Source of the DNA: Candidatus Altiarchaeales archaeon
GTDB lineage: Archaea; Altiarchaeota; Altiarchaeia; IMC4; SCGC-AAA252-I15
DNA: 64,000 bases
Assembly: GCA_014727915.1 (NCBI GenBank)
Contig: WJMO01000006.1
Span: 192,001 to 256,000 of the forward strand
Direction: 5' to 3'
Within the stretch, counting starts at the first letter, position 1, and every line of letters starts with the position of its first letter. This document shows positions 17,914-28,370 of this stretch, in pieces. The notes below the pieces were generated by a model. It worked only from the letters and a program-made list of their open reading frames with translations, was not told where the DNA came from and made no database searches. Made by a program: the position numbers and the translations under genes.

Positions 17914-19149
17914 TTGGGCTATAGAGTGGATGTGAAGTCTTTTTTTGTGGAGTATGTGGGGTGCACCCGGAGGATGATGGATGCTGAGAGGATCAAACAG
18001 TATCTTCTGGCGAACGGTTTGGACTACACGGACAACCCCGGAGAAGCGGATTACATTTTCCTAATAACCTGCGGTCTCAACAAGGTGAACGAGGACCGTT
18101 GCGTAGACTTCATAAAAGACTATAAGCAGATGAGTGGGGAGTTGGTTGTGTGCGGTTGCATGCCCTCCATGAACCCGCAGAAGGTCAAGGCAGTATATGG
18201 CGGGAGGGTCGTCCACACCTACGACCTGGACGGGATAGACGGCCTGTTCCCGGAGTTCACGGTAAAGTTCGGGGATTTGCCGGACGTTAACAGGGGTTTT
18301 ACGAGGGGTTTGGCTGTGAAGAGGAAGCTGAGGAAGATGCGCGAATCCGGGTTGGGCCTTGCATTGAAGGATGTGTTGGGCCACCTGTCTTTCAGGTATC
18401 ATGGTTTCATGAGCCGCCACAGCAACCCTGTGGTGTTCAACAACGATTACCTGAGCCTGCGGATATCCTATGGGTGCCTCGGGAGCTGCAGCTACTGCAA
18501 CATAAAGAAGGCCATTGGGAGGTTGAGGAGCAAGCCCGTGGACGTGTTGTTGGAGGAGTTGAGGCGAGGGGTTTCAGAGGGAAGATTCATGGTGAATATC
18601 ATCTCCAGCGACACCGGAGCCTATGGGCTGGACATAGGAGAGACCTTCCCCGGTTTGCTGAAGGCGATATTGGACGAGGACGAGCGGGTGACCGTCGAGT
18701 ACGTAGAGGACTTGCACGCCAACTGGGTTGTAAAGTATAGGAGCGAGCTCGTCGACCTGGTTGGGACAGGGAGGGTGAATTCCATTCTTACGGCTGTGCA
18801 GAGCGGAAGCGACCGTCTGCTGAAGCTGATGAGAAGGCACACCAGCTTGGAGGAATACAAGAAGGCGTTGGATATGATGAGGGAGGCCAACCCTGAGTTG
18901 AAGCTCAGGACGCAGGTGATAGTTGGTTTCCCGACCGAGTCCGAGGAGGACTTCCAGGAGACCATCGGATTTCTGAGGGCTGCAGGGTTCGACGAGGTTG
19001 ACGTTTTCAGGTACTATGAGGTGGAGACCATGGACTCCGCGGTAATAGAGCCCAAGGTCCCGGAGGATGTTGTGGTCGATAGGATGGACAGGATAGAGGA
19101 GCTCTTCTCAGAGGGGGAGTTGAAATGCTCTTATAACATCTACCGGTAG
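17914..19149 (+). CDS. MiaB/MtaB/RimO-like radical SAM methylthiotransferase (no TRAM domain evident)
   Basis: N-terminal GC...TC...GC cluster, GCLGSCSYC, QSGSDRLLKLMRR, IVGFPTE. Confidence 0.85.
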   Translation: MGYRVDVKSFFVEYVGCTRRMMDAERIKQYLLANGLDYTDNPGEADYIFLITCGLNKVNEDRCVDFIKDYKQMSGELVVCGCMPSMNPQKVKAVYGGRVVHTYDLDGIDGLFPEFTVKFGDLPDVNRGFTRGLAVKRKLRKMRESGLGLALKDVLGHLSFRYHGFMSRHSNPVVFNNDYLSLRISYGCLGSCSYCNIKKAIGRLRSKPVDVLLEELRRGVSEGRFMVNIISSDTGAYGLDIGETFPGLLKAILDEDERVTVEYVEDLHANWVVKYRSELVDLVGTGRVNSILTAVQSGSDRLLKLMRRHTSLEEYKKALDMMREANPELKLRTQVIVGFPTESEEDFQETIGFLRAAGFDEVDVFRYYEVETMDSAVIEPKVPEDVVVDRMDRIEELFSEGELKCSYNIYR

Positions 19150-19151
19150 GG

Positions 19152-20114
19152 TTAGCTGTTTTTTGACGTCCAACTCTGGGGGTATGTGTCAGGGTGCATC
19201 ACATTCCTTTCCGGGGATGCTACTTCCCCCTTCTTCAGGGACATGATCGACGCGCTGTCCTTCAATGCCTTGGCCAATCCTATTATCTCGTCGCGGAGTG
19301 TGAACAAGGCGGTGAGGTCGTCTTCTACAATGTTGTCGGTTAGTTTCGCGACTCCGGGGGCGTTCAAGGGGGCGCCGTGGCATAGTGCGCTTACCGCCGA
19401 GTCCTTCACCCATATCTTGGGGAGGTGGTCGACCATGGTCTCCATCGGCTGTATGAGCTTCCTCAGCTGTTCCTCGTCCCTGGTCTCCCAAGCGTCCCGG
19501 AGGTCGTGGAGTGACACTAGCTTGTCTTCCGTGTAGGGTCCTGCCTGGATCCTCCTTAGTTCTTGCATGTGGGCTCCCACCCCCAATAGCAGCCCTATGT
19601 CGTGGCAGAGCTTCCTTATGTAGGTGCCTGCTTCGCAGTGGACGTTGAACAGGACATAGGGGCCGTCGCGTTCGATGTACTGTATCGAGTATATGGTCCT
19701 AGTCCTCAGCTCACGTTTAACCGCGCACTTCTGCGGAGGCCTCTGGTATATGGTGCCCTTGAAAAGGCTTAGTGTCTTCTTTATCTGGCTGTTGGTCGTG
19801 TCCCCATGGAGCTTCATCAACGTTACGTATGTCTTCCCTGAGAGCAGAAGGGCTTGGAGCGCCTTTGTCCCGTCCTCCAATGCGACGGGCAGCACCCCCG
19901 TTACCTTGGGGTCCAGTGTTCCGCTGTGGCCGGCCTTCTTCAACCCCATCATCTCCTTGACCCACGCTGTCACCTGGTGCGAGGTTGGACCGGAGGGCTT
20001 GTCGATGTTGACTATGCCCTTGCGGATGTATTCTTCGATGGGTCTCTCACATGGGGGGCTGCCATAGTCTGGGCTTCCCTCCTCCTCGGACTTCACTAGA
20101 ATCCTTCCATCCAT
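19152..20114 (-). CDS. cbf5: H/ACA RNA-guided pseudouridine synthase Cbf5
   Basis: DKPSGPTSHQV, GHSGTLDPKVTG, GTYIRKLCHDIG, PUA domain. Confidence 0.97.
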   Translation of the reverse strand: MDGRILVKSEEEGSPDYGSPPCERPIEEYIRKGIVNIDKPSGPTSHQVTAWVKEMMGLKKAGHSGTLDPKVTGVLPVALEDGTKALQALLLSGKTYVTLMKLHGDTTNSQIKKTLSLFKGTIYQRPPQKCAVKRELRTRTIYSIQYIERDGPYVLFNVHCEAGTYIRKLCHDIGLLLGVGAHMQELRRIQAGPYTEDKLVSLHDLRDAWETRDEEQLRKLIQPMETMVDHLPKIWVKDSAVSALCHGAPLNAPGVAKLTDNIVEDDLTALFTLRDEIIGLAKALKDSASIMSLKKGEVASPERNVMHPDTYPQSWTSKNS

Positions 20115-20146
20115 GCAGAACCACCTCCCACAGCTTATTCGGAGGT

Positions 20147-20362
20147 TTAAGCCAGGCCAAGGCTTGAAAGCTCCTTAGCCGGGTCTTTGGCGTCCACAAC
20201 CCATGGTGTGGGCTCCAACTGGCTGCCTGAAACCTTCTTTTTCCGGGCTCTCGCTCCCTCTACCGTGAATTTCCCGTCTGTTTTTCCGGTGATCACGCAG
20301 AATTCGCCTGCATCGCGGCCTCGAGTCTTCTTGCACACCCTGCCAACATCCAATAATGCCAT
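20147..20362 (-). CDS. rpl14e: 50S ribosomal protein eL14
   Basis: VGRVCKKTRGRDAG-x-x-CVI...LEPT; conserved adjacency to cbf5. Confidence 0.9.
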   Translation of the reverse strand: MALLDVGRVCKKTRGRDAGEFCVITGKTDGKFTVEGARARKKKVSGSQLEPTPWVVDAKDPAKELSSLGLA

Positions 20363-20606
20363 CTTCGTGCACAACATTTAGGGATTAATGGTATATAAAG
20401 CCGTTAAAGAGGTGTTTCGTGTTCATGTTGTAGAGCGTTTCCTGACGTTGTCTGCCATGGTAGCGGACATAGTAGGGAGGGCAGATGCTTAATCCCGGGG
20501 GGTATATTCCCTTCCCATTCCATTTGTTTTAGAATCTGCCACTGCATATTTCCAAGGCAGGCAGGGGCCGGGCAGTATTTACCTGGATTTATTTAATCCT
20601 TTAAGG

Positions 20607-21914
20607 ATGAGATATGTTGTTTTTGTCCTGGTGTTCCTGGTGGTCGGGGGATTGTATCTCCTTGCGGAGTATCCATCCATATCCGGCTATGGAGACGCTC
20701 CAATGTGCGAAGGGTGCAACCTGGTCCTTGTTACGATGGACACCACACGAGCAGACCATCTCGGACTGTACGGTTACGACCGTGACACTTCACCCTTCCT
20801 CGACTACCTTGGAAACAGGTCCATAGTGTATGAGAGGTTCTACGCCCCAATACCCGAGACGAACCCCTCCCACGCTACCATGTTCACCTCCAAGCTGCCG
20901 TACATTCACAGGCTCCAGTTCAACGGGCAGAAGCTCAGGGACAGCGAGACCACCCTGGCGGAGATACTGAGGGGAGAAGGCTATGATACCGTGGCTTTCA
21001 CAAGCGCCAAACACCTGAACCCGAGAACAGGCTTGGGTCAGGGGTTCAGGGAATTCGACTACCCCAAGCAGAAGGAGAGAAAGGCGACGATAACCACCGA
21101 CATCGCCCTGGACTGGCTGAGAGAGAAAGAGCAGGGGAGGTTCTTCATGTGGGTGCACTACTTCGACCCACATTACGGCTACGAACCGCCAACGCCTTTC
21201 AGCTTCTACGAGGAGGGGATGGACGAGAACACGGGGAAGATCGCGAGATACGACGGTGAGATAAGGTATGTGGACTCTGAGGTCAGGAGGCTGTTCGAGT
21301 ACTTGGAGGACGAGAACCTGCTGCAGAACACCGTTTTTGTGGTCACTGCAGACCATGGGGAGGGACTCGGAGAACACGGTTACTTCTGGGATCACGGGGA
21401 CCTGCTCTATGAGGACCAGTTGTGGGTTCCACTGCTGATATACGTGGACGGGACGCGCTTCAACTCCGGAAGGGTTGGCCAGAACACCCAGCTTATGCCC
21501 ACGTTGCTAGAAATCCTTGACATAAGGGATGAGCACTCGGTCGCTCCATCCCTCTTCTCGGAGGAGGGTCGGGGGATGCTCTTCTTCGAGAGCGACAGGT
21601 GCGAAAAGCAGAAGGTAAGCGGGTGCTTTCCAGGAAAGAGCATCAAGGGAAAATCCGTCGCCGCCCTGAAGGACGACGTTAAGTTCATCGCCACACCCGT
21701 GAGAGACGGGATGAGGGAGGAGCTTTTCGACCTTCGTAAGGACCCTGGAGAGGGCATCAACAGGATATCAAACCCAGGATACGAGGACATCAGGGAGGAG
21801 CTTAGGACGAAGGCATTGTCTGTCATGAAGGAGGTGCACAACAGCGACAGGGACTACATCGAGGTCGACAATGAGACCCTGGAAGTGCTGAAGTCCCTAG
21901 GGTATGTGAACTGA
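20607..21914 (+). CDS. Membrane-anchored sulfatase-like hydrolase/transferase
   Basis: DTTRADH, TNPSHATMFT, HYFDPH, YDGEI, ADHGE, C-terminal LKSLGY. Confidence 0.88.
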   Translation: MRYVVFVLVFLVVGGLYLLAEYPSISGYGDAPMCEGCNLVLVTMDTTRADHLGLYGYDRDTSPFLDYLGNRSIVYERFYAPIPETNPSHATMFTSKLPYIHRLQFNGQKLRDSETTLAEILRGEGYDTVAFTSAKHLNPRTGLGQGFREFDYPKQKERKATITTDIALDWLREKEQGRFFMWVHYFDPHYGYEPPTPFSFYEEGMDENTGKIARYDGEIRYVDSEVRRLFEYLEDENLLQNTVFVVTADHGEGLGEHGYFWDHGDLLYEDQLWVPLLIYVDGTRFNSGRVGQNTQLMPTLLEILDIRDEHSVAPSLFSEEGRGMLFFESDRCEKQKVSGCFPGKSIKGKSVAALKDDVKFIATPVRDGMREELFDLRKDPGEGINRISNPGYEDIREELRTKALSVMKEVHNSDRDYIEVDNETLEVLKSLGYVN

Positions 21915-21999
21915 ACCAGCATAGTATTACTGCTGGTTTTTCGGCGTGGGCCGAAGATAATGTCATTAGGTTATTAAAGCATCTGGAAAATATTAAGAT

Positions 22000-23004
22000 A
22001 TGGCGGACAGGAGCCTGTTGATACTGGCAGGGTTGATAGCGGTGATGTCGCTTTTAGTGTTGCTAACCGGCTCGAAATCCCATGATGGGGGTATGGTGGG
22101 CGGTGACTGCGGGACTGTGAGCCCGGAGGGCAGGGACGAATGCTGCGGCAGAAAGAACGCGGACACGCCTCATGACACGTGCGTGGGAAGCTGGAGGTAC
22201 GACGGCAAGGAAGGCAAGTGCGAGTACGTCTGCCATGGCAGCATTACCAACTTCCAAGAGTGCGCTGACGCAGGATATCCGGTCATGGAAAGCTATCCGA
22301 GAAGGTGCAGGGGCCCCGAAGGGAAATCCTACACTGAGGTGATAGACGAGCCATTGGACCCCCCCAAGCCGATAGGGGGGGACCGTGACGAACACGGCTG
22401 CCTTACGCCCGCAGGTTACTCATGGGATGGGGAAATCGGAGCCTGCACCCGGAGCTGGGAGATAAAGGACGAGAACGTCAGGAGGGCTGCGACAACCGCC
22501 GTTGACCACGTGGGATGGGACGACGGTGTGACCGTGGTAGGGGTCGAGGCCGGAGGATGCCCTGGATGCTATTATGTCACCGTTGAGAAAGGCAGTGACA
22601 GGGTGGAGGTCGAGCTGAACAACTGGACTGTCAGGGACCGATCGATCACCCCGGAAGAGTGCAGGCTAAAGGGAGGCGAGACCGTCAGCACAGTAGGCGA
22701 AAGCGGGGAGGACCCCTGCAACGGCAGGTACAACATGGGAGAGGTGACGGGGTTGATATCACCCCACGTATGCTGTGACGCCGGTCCGAGGCCCATATCC
22801 TCAGAGGAGGCTGTGGACGTGGCATGGGAGAGCGAATGCGTGGAGGTCGGGGCTTTGACTGACCGCATGTACAGGAACGAGGACACGAGAACATGGTGGA
22901 TAGACCTGGACGCTGAAAAAGCAGGTTGCAGCCCCGCATGCGTGGTCTATGAGGACACGATGACCGCGGAAGTCAACTGGCGGTGCACGGGGCTAGTCGC
23001 CTGA
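22000..23004 (+). CDS. Membrane-anchored Cys-rich surface protein
   Basis: N-terminal TM; modules ITNFQEC-x3-GYPVMESYPRRC, IGGDRDEHGC, CSPACVV...EVNWRCTG. Confidence 0.8.
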   Translation: MADRSLLILAGLIAVMSLLVLLTGSKSHDGGMVGGDCGTVSPEGRDECCGRKNADTPHDTCVGSWRYDGKEGKCEYVCHGSITNFQECADAGYPVMESYPRRCRGPEGKSYTEVIDEPLDPPKPIGGDRDEHGCLTPAGYSWDGEIGACTRSWEIKDENVRRAATTAVDHVGWDDGVTVVGVEAGGCPGCYYVTVEKGSDRVEVELNNWTVRDRSITPEECRLKGGETVSTVGESGEDPCNGRYNMGEVTGLISPHVCCDAGPRPISSEEAVDVAWESECVEVGALTDRMYRNEDTRTWWIDLDAEKAGCSPACVVYEDTMTAEVNWRCTGLVA

Positions 23005-23601
23005 AGACTCCAGGACCAAATGGTTCAGCTCCTCCTTGAACTTCGGCACAACAGCCTTTGAAAGAAAGTAGAGGCCATTTTTGTCAGGGGTGAGGCCGCG
23101 GCCTCTGAAGCGGAGGTTCTCATAGAAGAGCCGGGACATGGGAAGCTGTGGCTCCGCATGGACTCTCCCCTCCAAACCGGTCTTTTCGCTCACTATTACC
23201 GCGTGTTCCATCAGCCTGGAGCCGACGTGAGAGTACTCTCTGCCTTCGGTCCCGTGCATGTTCCACGATGCAGAGTCTATGCGCTCTATCGAAAGCGACT
23301 TCGCCCCATGGTATCTACCAGGCTTCACGCACAAGGCTCCCTCAACACGTTCAACACCTCCGGTTTTGGTTGCGAGAACGTATATCCGATGTTCCCCGGG
23401 GATGTCAGTGTTGTATCCGGGGCTCAATTCCCTCAATGCCTCCTTGTCAGCGGGGATGGCCTTCCTTATGATGGCGGGGGTCCGCTTCCTCGTTAACGCG
23501 TCGACTATGAAGGTCTCCCGCTCGACCAATTTCCCGACTATGGGGCCCACGGGAGGCAAAGCCGCATCGGCCGGGGCTGATTGGCCAGCTACGACAGGCA
23601 T
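22993..23601 (-). CDS. Hypothetical protein, GNAT acetyltransferase-like
   Basis: IRKAIPAD, HVGSRLMEHA (motif A-like), FYENLRF. Confidence 0.6.
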   Translation of the reverse strand: MPVVAGQSAPADAALPPVGPIVGKLVERETFIVDALTRKRTPAIIRKAIPADKEALRELSPGYNTDIPGEHRIYVLATKTGGVERVEGALCVKPGRYHGAKSLSIERIDSASWNMHGTEGREYSHVGSRLMEHAVIVSEKTGLEGRVHAEPQLPMSRLFYENLRFRGRGLTPDKNGLYFLSKAVVPKFKEELNHLVLESSGD

Positions 23602-23750
23602 GATATAACATAGGTAATCATCGGGGAAAAATGACGCGGACCGCAGGCTAACCTTATTTTAAAAAATGATAGGAATAGTGCGGGATCTGCCGGGTCATTT
23701 TTTTGACTGTTAAAGGAGGTCTGGCAGGAACCCGGCCGTTGAAAACCGGC

Positions 23751-23945
23751 TTATATTACCTGGACTTTCTCTGCCTTGGGCCCGCGCTCGCCTTCAACTA
23801 CTTCGAAGGATACCCTGTCGCCGTCGCGGATCACGTTGTCGCCTTCTATCCCGCTTCGGTGGACAAAGTAGTCTTTCCCGTCGTCTCCGGTAATGAACCC
23901 GAAGTTCTTTTCTGTGTTAAAAAACTTAACTACGCCTTCAACCAT
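23751..23945 (-). CDS. csp: Cold-shock protein
   Basis: GVVKFFN-x-x-KNFGFI, DYFVH, GPKA; upstream GGAGGTGA ribosome-binding site. Confidence 0.95.
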   Translation of the reverse strand: MVEGVVKFFNTEKNFGFITGDDGKDYFVHRSGIEGDNVIRDGDRVSFEVVEGERGPKAEKVQVI

Positions 23946-23985
23946 GGTTTCACCTCCTTTACTTTGTTTAGATTAGAAATATGGC

Positions 23986-24351
23986 TTACCTCCACTTGGA
24001 GTTCCTCAACATTAGCTTTTTGATCCTCTCCGCGAGCTCGTCCGGGAGGGTGCTCTCATTCCTGAGTCGCTCCACGTACTCTGATGCCCCGTCAAAGGAT
24101 TGGTTCATGAGCTTCGTCTGTATGTTGGCTGATATTGTGCCCTTGTTCTCGGGTGTTCCGATCTCGTCTAGCATCTCGTCCAAGTCCATCCGGAAATATT
24201 TGCTCTTCCCAACGTCCAACAGCCGTCGCTTCTTGCCCCCCTTGTTCTTTTCGTTGTGCCTTGAGCGGAAGCTCCTCTTACCGCCCATCTTGGGTTTTTT
24301 GGGTCCTCTCGCCAAACCGATCCGTCTCCATCGCCTCCAATCCACTGGCAA
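23986..24351 (-). CDS. Small basic hypothetical protein (start may be ATG 24288)
   Basis: Host-like codon use, co-oriented with csp. Confidence 0.55.
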   Translation of the reverse strand: MPVDWRRWRRIGLARGPKKPKMGGKRSFRSRHNEKNKGGKKRRLLDVGKSKYFRMDLDEMLDEIGTPENKGTISANIQTKLMNQSFDGASEYVERLRNESTLPDELAERIKKLMLRNSKWR

Positions 24352-24495
24352 GCCGAAAGCCTCTTCCGGGGGGGTAGCATGTAGAACAAGAAAAACCTTG
24401 GCGGCAAATCTTAGACTACAAACGACTTACTCTAGGATAGAGATTGCTGAAAGAGTATAAGCAATACAAGCTTAAAAAGGAGGGTATGAGGGGTT

Positions 24496-24690
24496 TCAAC
24501 CCTCTGAGAGCATCTTGTCCGCTTTTTCCATGAGCATCCTCTTCTGATCCTCGGACATCGCCGCCATCACATCGGCATGCTCTTTCATGCCATGGTCCAG
24601 CAGGGCCTTCTTAACCTCCTCAGCCGTCTCCCCCGTGGCTTCGAATTCGCATTCCAAGCCGCTGAGTTCGCTGCACTTCAATGACTTCAT
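24496..24690 (-). CDS. DUF1059-like small metal-binding protein
   Basis: C-x6-C-x-F-x-A-x-GET-x-EE...H-x3-H. Confidence 0.85.
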   Translation of the reverse strand: MKSLKCSELSGLECEFEATGETAEEVKKALLDHGMKEHADVMAAMSEDQKRMLMEKADKMLSEG

Positions 24691-24827
24691 CTCATATCAC
24701 CCAGGTAAGGGATGAGTTTAAACGCATAAAAGACAGGCAGTAACTTGCAGGAAACCGGATGTCCTGGGCAGCAGAGGGCGGTTTTTGTTAATTTTAATAA
24801 AACATATATTAAATGAGGTGTTTTAAT

Positions 24828-25553
24828 ATGGAGGACAGGTGCCCAACGGGTATCATGGGATTCGACAATCTGGTAGGTGGTGGTCTGCCCAGGTCCAGGA
24901 CGGTCCTCGTTAATGGGACCTGCGGGACTGGTAAGACTGTGTTCTCGACGCAGTTCCTATACAGGGGTGCCGTAGACTACGGGGAGCCCGGGATACTGGT
25001 CATGCTGGAGCAGGACGCCGAGGAGTTCAAAGACGACATGCGGTCGTTCAACATAGACCTGAAGAGGCTGGAGGACGAAGGTAAGCTGATAATAATAAAC
25101 GCCAAGCTCACCCACAGGGAGGGTAACTTCCTGGAGTTGAAGTCGGAAACCCACGACATAAACCCGGACATGGCTACGGTAGACAATTTGACAGAGGTTA
25201 TCAGGGGTGCGGTGGATCAGATAGGCGCGAAGAGGGTTGTGTTGGACAGCCTCAGCTCCATGACGTTGTCGTTCGAGGATTCCAGGAGCCTCCGACATCT
25301 CATACTGAACCTGAACTACACTTTGAAGAGCCTGGGTTTGACGACCTTGATAATCTCGGACGAGATAGCCGGGGACGTGACTGAAGCGGCTGAGAAGTAC
25401 GTCGTAGACGGTGTGCTGACGTTGAGGTATGTGACTGTCGGACCGGACCCGGGGAGGACCCTGGTCATCGACAAGATGAGAAAGACACGCCACAGCGAGA
25501 ACATCCACACACTGAGGTTCGGGGACGATGGGATAGAGATACTTGAAGAGTAA
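24828..25553 (+). CDS. KaiC/RAD55-like RecA-superfamily ATPase
   Basis: TGIMGFD, GTCGTGKT, RVVLDS, KMRKT. Confidence 0.92.
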   Translation: MEDRCPTGIMGFDNLVGGGLPRSRTVLVNGTCGTGKTVFSTQFLYRGAVDYGEPGILVMLEQDAEEFKDDMRSFNIDLKRLEDEGKLIIINAKLTHREGNFLELKSETHDINPDMATVDNLTEVIRGAVDQIGAKRVVLDSLSSMTLSFEDSRSLRHLILNLNYTLKSLGLTTLIISDEIAGDVTEAAEKYVVDGVLTLRYVTVGPDPGRTLVIDKMRKTRHSENIHTLRFGDDGIEILEE

Positions 25554-27057
25554 AATGAGCCGGAGCGCAGCAACCGCAGCCCTTTTCCTGATCATTTTCT
25601 CCGCCGTTAATGCGAGCGGTTTTGGGGAAGGGGACGTATACCGGATACTCATGAAAGGAGTGTGTTTGAACTCAGAGGAGGGCATGCCCTGCAAGACCCC
25701 GGGGGATATGGAGGAAATGTTCTATGGGGTCTGCTGTTCGGGCGTGTGCAACGTCAACGCCGACGACTGCAGCGAACGTGGTGAGATGCGTTTGGAGATC
25801 GTCAGGACGATATCACGGAAGATGTGCGAGCAGAGATATGATGGAACGGAATGCTACATGCCGGACCTGTTCCAGAAGGTTGAGGGCACGGAATTCTTCG
25901 GGGTATGCTGCCGGGGGGAATGCAACTGGGGTGAGAGGAAGTGCGTCAGCTACTGCGGGGACGGATACTGCACGAGCCAGGAGCAGAGGGAGGGGAACTG
26001 CGCTGAAGACTGCGGGAAAGCCATGAAGGACGATAAGGAAGAGGTCAGGATGAGCACGGAGGAGATGATGGAGGAGATGAGGGTGATAGGGTGCCTGGGC
26101 ATCGAGGAAGGAGGGAATTGCGTCTTCCCCGGTGACTTCACCCAATGGACCAACATATCAGGGGTGTGCTGCGGGGGTAAATGCCAGTTCAGAAAAGAGG
26201 CATGCATCGAAAAGGCAGTTGACGCGAACAAGCCCGACCTCATCGTTAAGTCCATCGACATCTCGCCCGAAAAGCCAGAAGCGTACGATAAGGTGAACGT
26301 TACCGTTACCGTGGAGAACACGGGCCGGGAGAACGTGTTGGAGAGCTTCTGGATACTGTTGGAGATACGCGACAGCGGGGTTCTTTTGACGGAGGACAAC
26401 CAGGAGGTCAACGAGACCGTATTAAGGGGTTCGACCATAACGCACACGTTCACAGACAACCTCGGGCTTGGGAGGTCGGGTTCGTTCCGGGTCACGGTCG
26501 ACGTCGACGCCAACTCGAACTTCCCCCACCAGAACAACCTGATAGACGAGGTCGACGAGGACAACAACGGCGGTTCGAAGGTGTTATACGTCCTCGACGG
26601 CGTGAGGGGCGTCTGCGGCGACAGAATATGCAGCGAATCAGAGTTGAAAAGGGGGGATTGCACCGTCGACTGCGGTGGGGACGAGTACTGCGGAGACGAC
26701 ATATGCAGTGACGCGGAAAGGAAATCCGGCTCCTGCAGTACGGACTGCGGCACATCCGTTGGAGGAGATGGCGGATATCCCCTGAAGATGATTATCGCAG
26801 GAGCGGCAGCTGTCATAGTCGCTGCCATAATCGTCTTGTACAATTTGACGGGAAGGCGTCAGGGACCAGAAGTCATTGAGACTGCAAAGTCCCGGGAGGA
26901 CCTGGAGCGGGAGAGGGACGAGCTCGAGAAGATGACCGCCCTAGCCAAGGCCAAATACCATCGGAGGGAGCTGGACGAGGAGAGCTTCCGGGAGATCGTC
27001 CGGGACAACCAGAGGAAGATAATCGAACTGGAGCTGAAGATGAAATCCATGAGATAG
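25543..27057 (+). CDS. Cys-rich surface protein with CARDB domain, C-terminal TM and coiled-coil tail
   Basis: GVCC-x-G-x-C and CGD-x-x-C repeats; PDLIV...VENTG...EVDEDNN. Confidence 0.82.
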   Translation: MKSKMSRSAATAALFLIIFSAVNASGFGEGDVYRILMKGVCLNSEEGMPCKTPGDMEEMFYGVCCSGVCNVNADDCSERGEMRLEIVRTISRKMCEQRYDGTECYMPDLFQKVEGTEFFGVCCRGECNWGERKCVSYCGDGYCTSQEQREGNCAEDCGKAMKDDKEEVRMSTEEMMEEMRVIGCLGIEEGGNCVFPGDFTQWTNISGVCCGGKCQFRKEACIEKAVDANKPDLIVKSIDISPEKPEAYDKVNVTVTVENTGRENVLESFWILLEIRDSGVLLTEDNQEVNETVLRGSTITHTFTDNLGLGRSGSFRVTVDVDANSNFPHQNNLIDEVDEDNNGGSKVLYVLDGVRGVCGDRICSESELKRGDCTVDCGGDEYCGDDICSDAERKSGSCSTDCGTSVGGDGGYPLKMIIAGAAAVIVAAIIVLYNLTGRRQGPEVIETAKSREDLERERDELEKMTALAKAKYHRRELDEESFREIVRDNQRKIIELELKMKSMR

Positions 27058-27085
27058 GCCGGCCGGGTTTGAAAGGGGGGTTAAA

Positions 27086-28291
27086 TTGAAAAACGTCGTT
27101 TTTTGGAAGTTGACTTTGGCTCTTGCAATTGCCATCACCGTTTCATATATCATCATTTTGGCGGGAATCCCAGCCTATGGGCACCCTGAGGACTCTGAAG
27201 AACGGGGGCCTGTTGATTCCAGCGATGCCACAGCCAAGCTCCTATCCCTAGGCTACTTGAGCCACGCGAGGGAAAGCCATGACCGGGGGGTGGGTGTTAC
27301 CGTCTACGACCGGGTTTCCGCATACGATGGTTTGAATCTGTTCACGAATCTTTGGACGAGTGAAGTGCTGTTGATGGACATGAACGGAAGTGTGAGGCAC
27401 ACGTGGACTTTGGACGGCAGATACTGGCATCATGCCGTAGAGGACAACATGAGCCTTGTTGGTTTGGCCTACCGGGTCGTCGACGGTGATGTAGAGGGCA
27501 GCATAGTAAGGATGGACAAGGGTTCTAACATAATATGGAAGTCCCCGGGCACATACCATCATGGGGTATGGGTGACTGACGACGGTAGAGTGTATTCCAT
27601 TGACGGTTCCAAGACGATGCCCGGGGAACGTAGGAACATAACAGTAGGGGGCAGGGGTTACATGATAGTCGACAACCACATCGTCGAACTATCGCCTTCG
27701 GGCGAGGTCGTTGATTCTGTCTCTGTCTTTGACCTGGTGGAAGACCTGGTGAACAACGAGACCATGGCCGAATACGGGGATTATCTCCCGTTCGAAGCGG
27801 TTGAAGTGCTCCACACAAACTACGTCGAGGAGGTCCGTGAAGACCTGGGATACGCGAACGAGGGTGATGTCCTCTTCTGCGTGAGGAATCTGGACCTCAT
27901 CGGCATAGCAGACATGGACGAGGAAAAGCTGGTCTGGCATTGGGGCCCCGGGGTTTTGGAGCACCCCCACAGCCCCAGCATATTGGACGGGGGTAACATT
28001 CTCGTCTTTGACAACGGCGTTCGCAGGGGATATTCCAGGGTGTTGGAGTTGGACCCTCGTACGGGAGAGGTGGTCTGGGAGTATGAAGGAAGCCCGCCGG
28101 AGTCGTTCTATTCGGAGAGTAGGGGTTGGGCTCAGAGGCTTCCCAACAACAACACGCTGATAACAGAATCGGACATGAGCCGCGTGTTCGAAGTCACAAG
28201 GGAGGGCAGGATTGTGTGGGAGTACTGGAACACACACGCGGACGATGAGAACCGGACAGCAATAATCTGCTCTATGCAGAGGATAGGATGA
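27086..28291 (+). CDS. Arylsulfotransferase (ASST)-like beta-propeller protein
   Basis: YHH, LHTN, HPH, ILVFDNG, AQRLPNNNTLITES. Confidence 0.85.
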   Translation: MKNVVFWKLTLALAIAITVSYIIILAGIPAYGHPEDSEERGPVDSSDATAKLLSLGYLSHARESHDRGVGVTVYDRVSAYDGLNLFTNLWTSEVLLMDMNGSVRHTWTLDGRYWHHAVEDNMSLVGLAYRVVDGDVEGSIVRMDKGSNIIWKSPGTYHHGVWVTDDGRVYSIDGSKTMPGERRNITVGGRGYMIVDNHIVELSPSGEVVDSVSVFDLVEDLVNNETMAEYGDYLPFEAVEVLHTNYVEEVREDLGYANEGDVLFCVRNLDLIGIADMDEEKLVWHWGPGVLEHPHSPSILDGGNILVFDNGVRRGYSRVLELDPRTGEVVWEYEGSPPESFYSESRGWAQRLPNNNTLITESDMSRVFEVTREGRIVWEYWNTHADDENRTAIICSMQRIG

Positions 28292-28370
28292 GGACAGGAC
28301 TGATGTATAAATGCTCCCAGCCAGGACACCATCAAAAGGCAAAAAGAATGCATTCCTGGGGATGATGGTT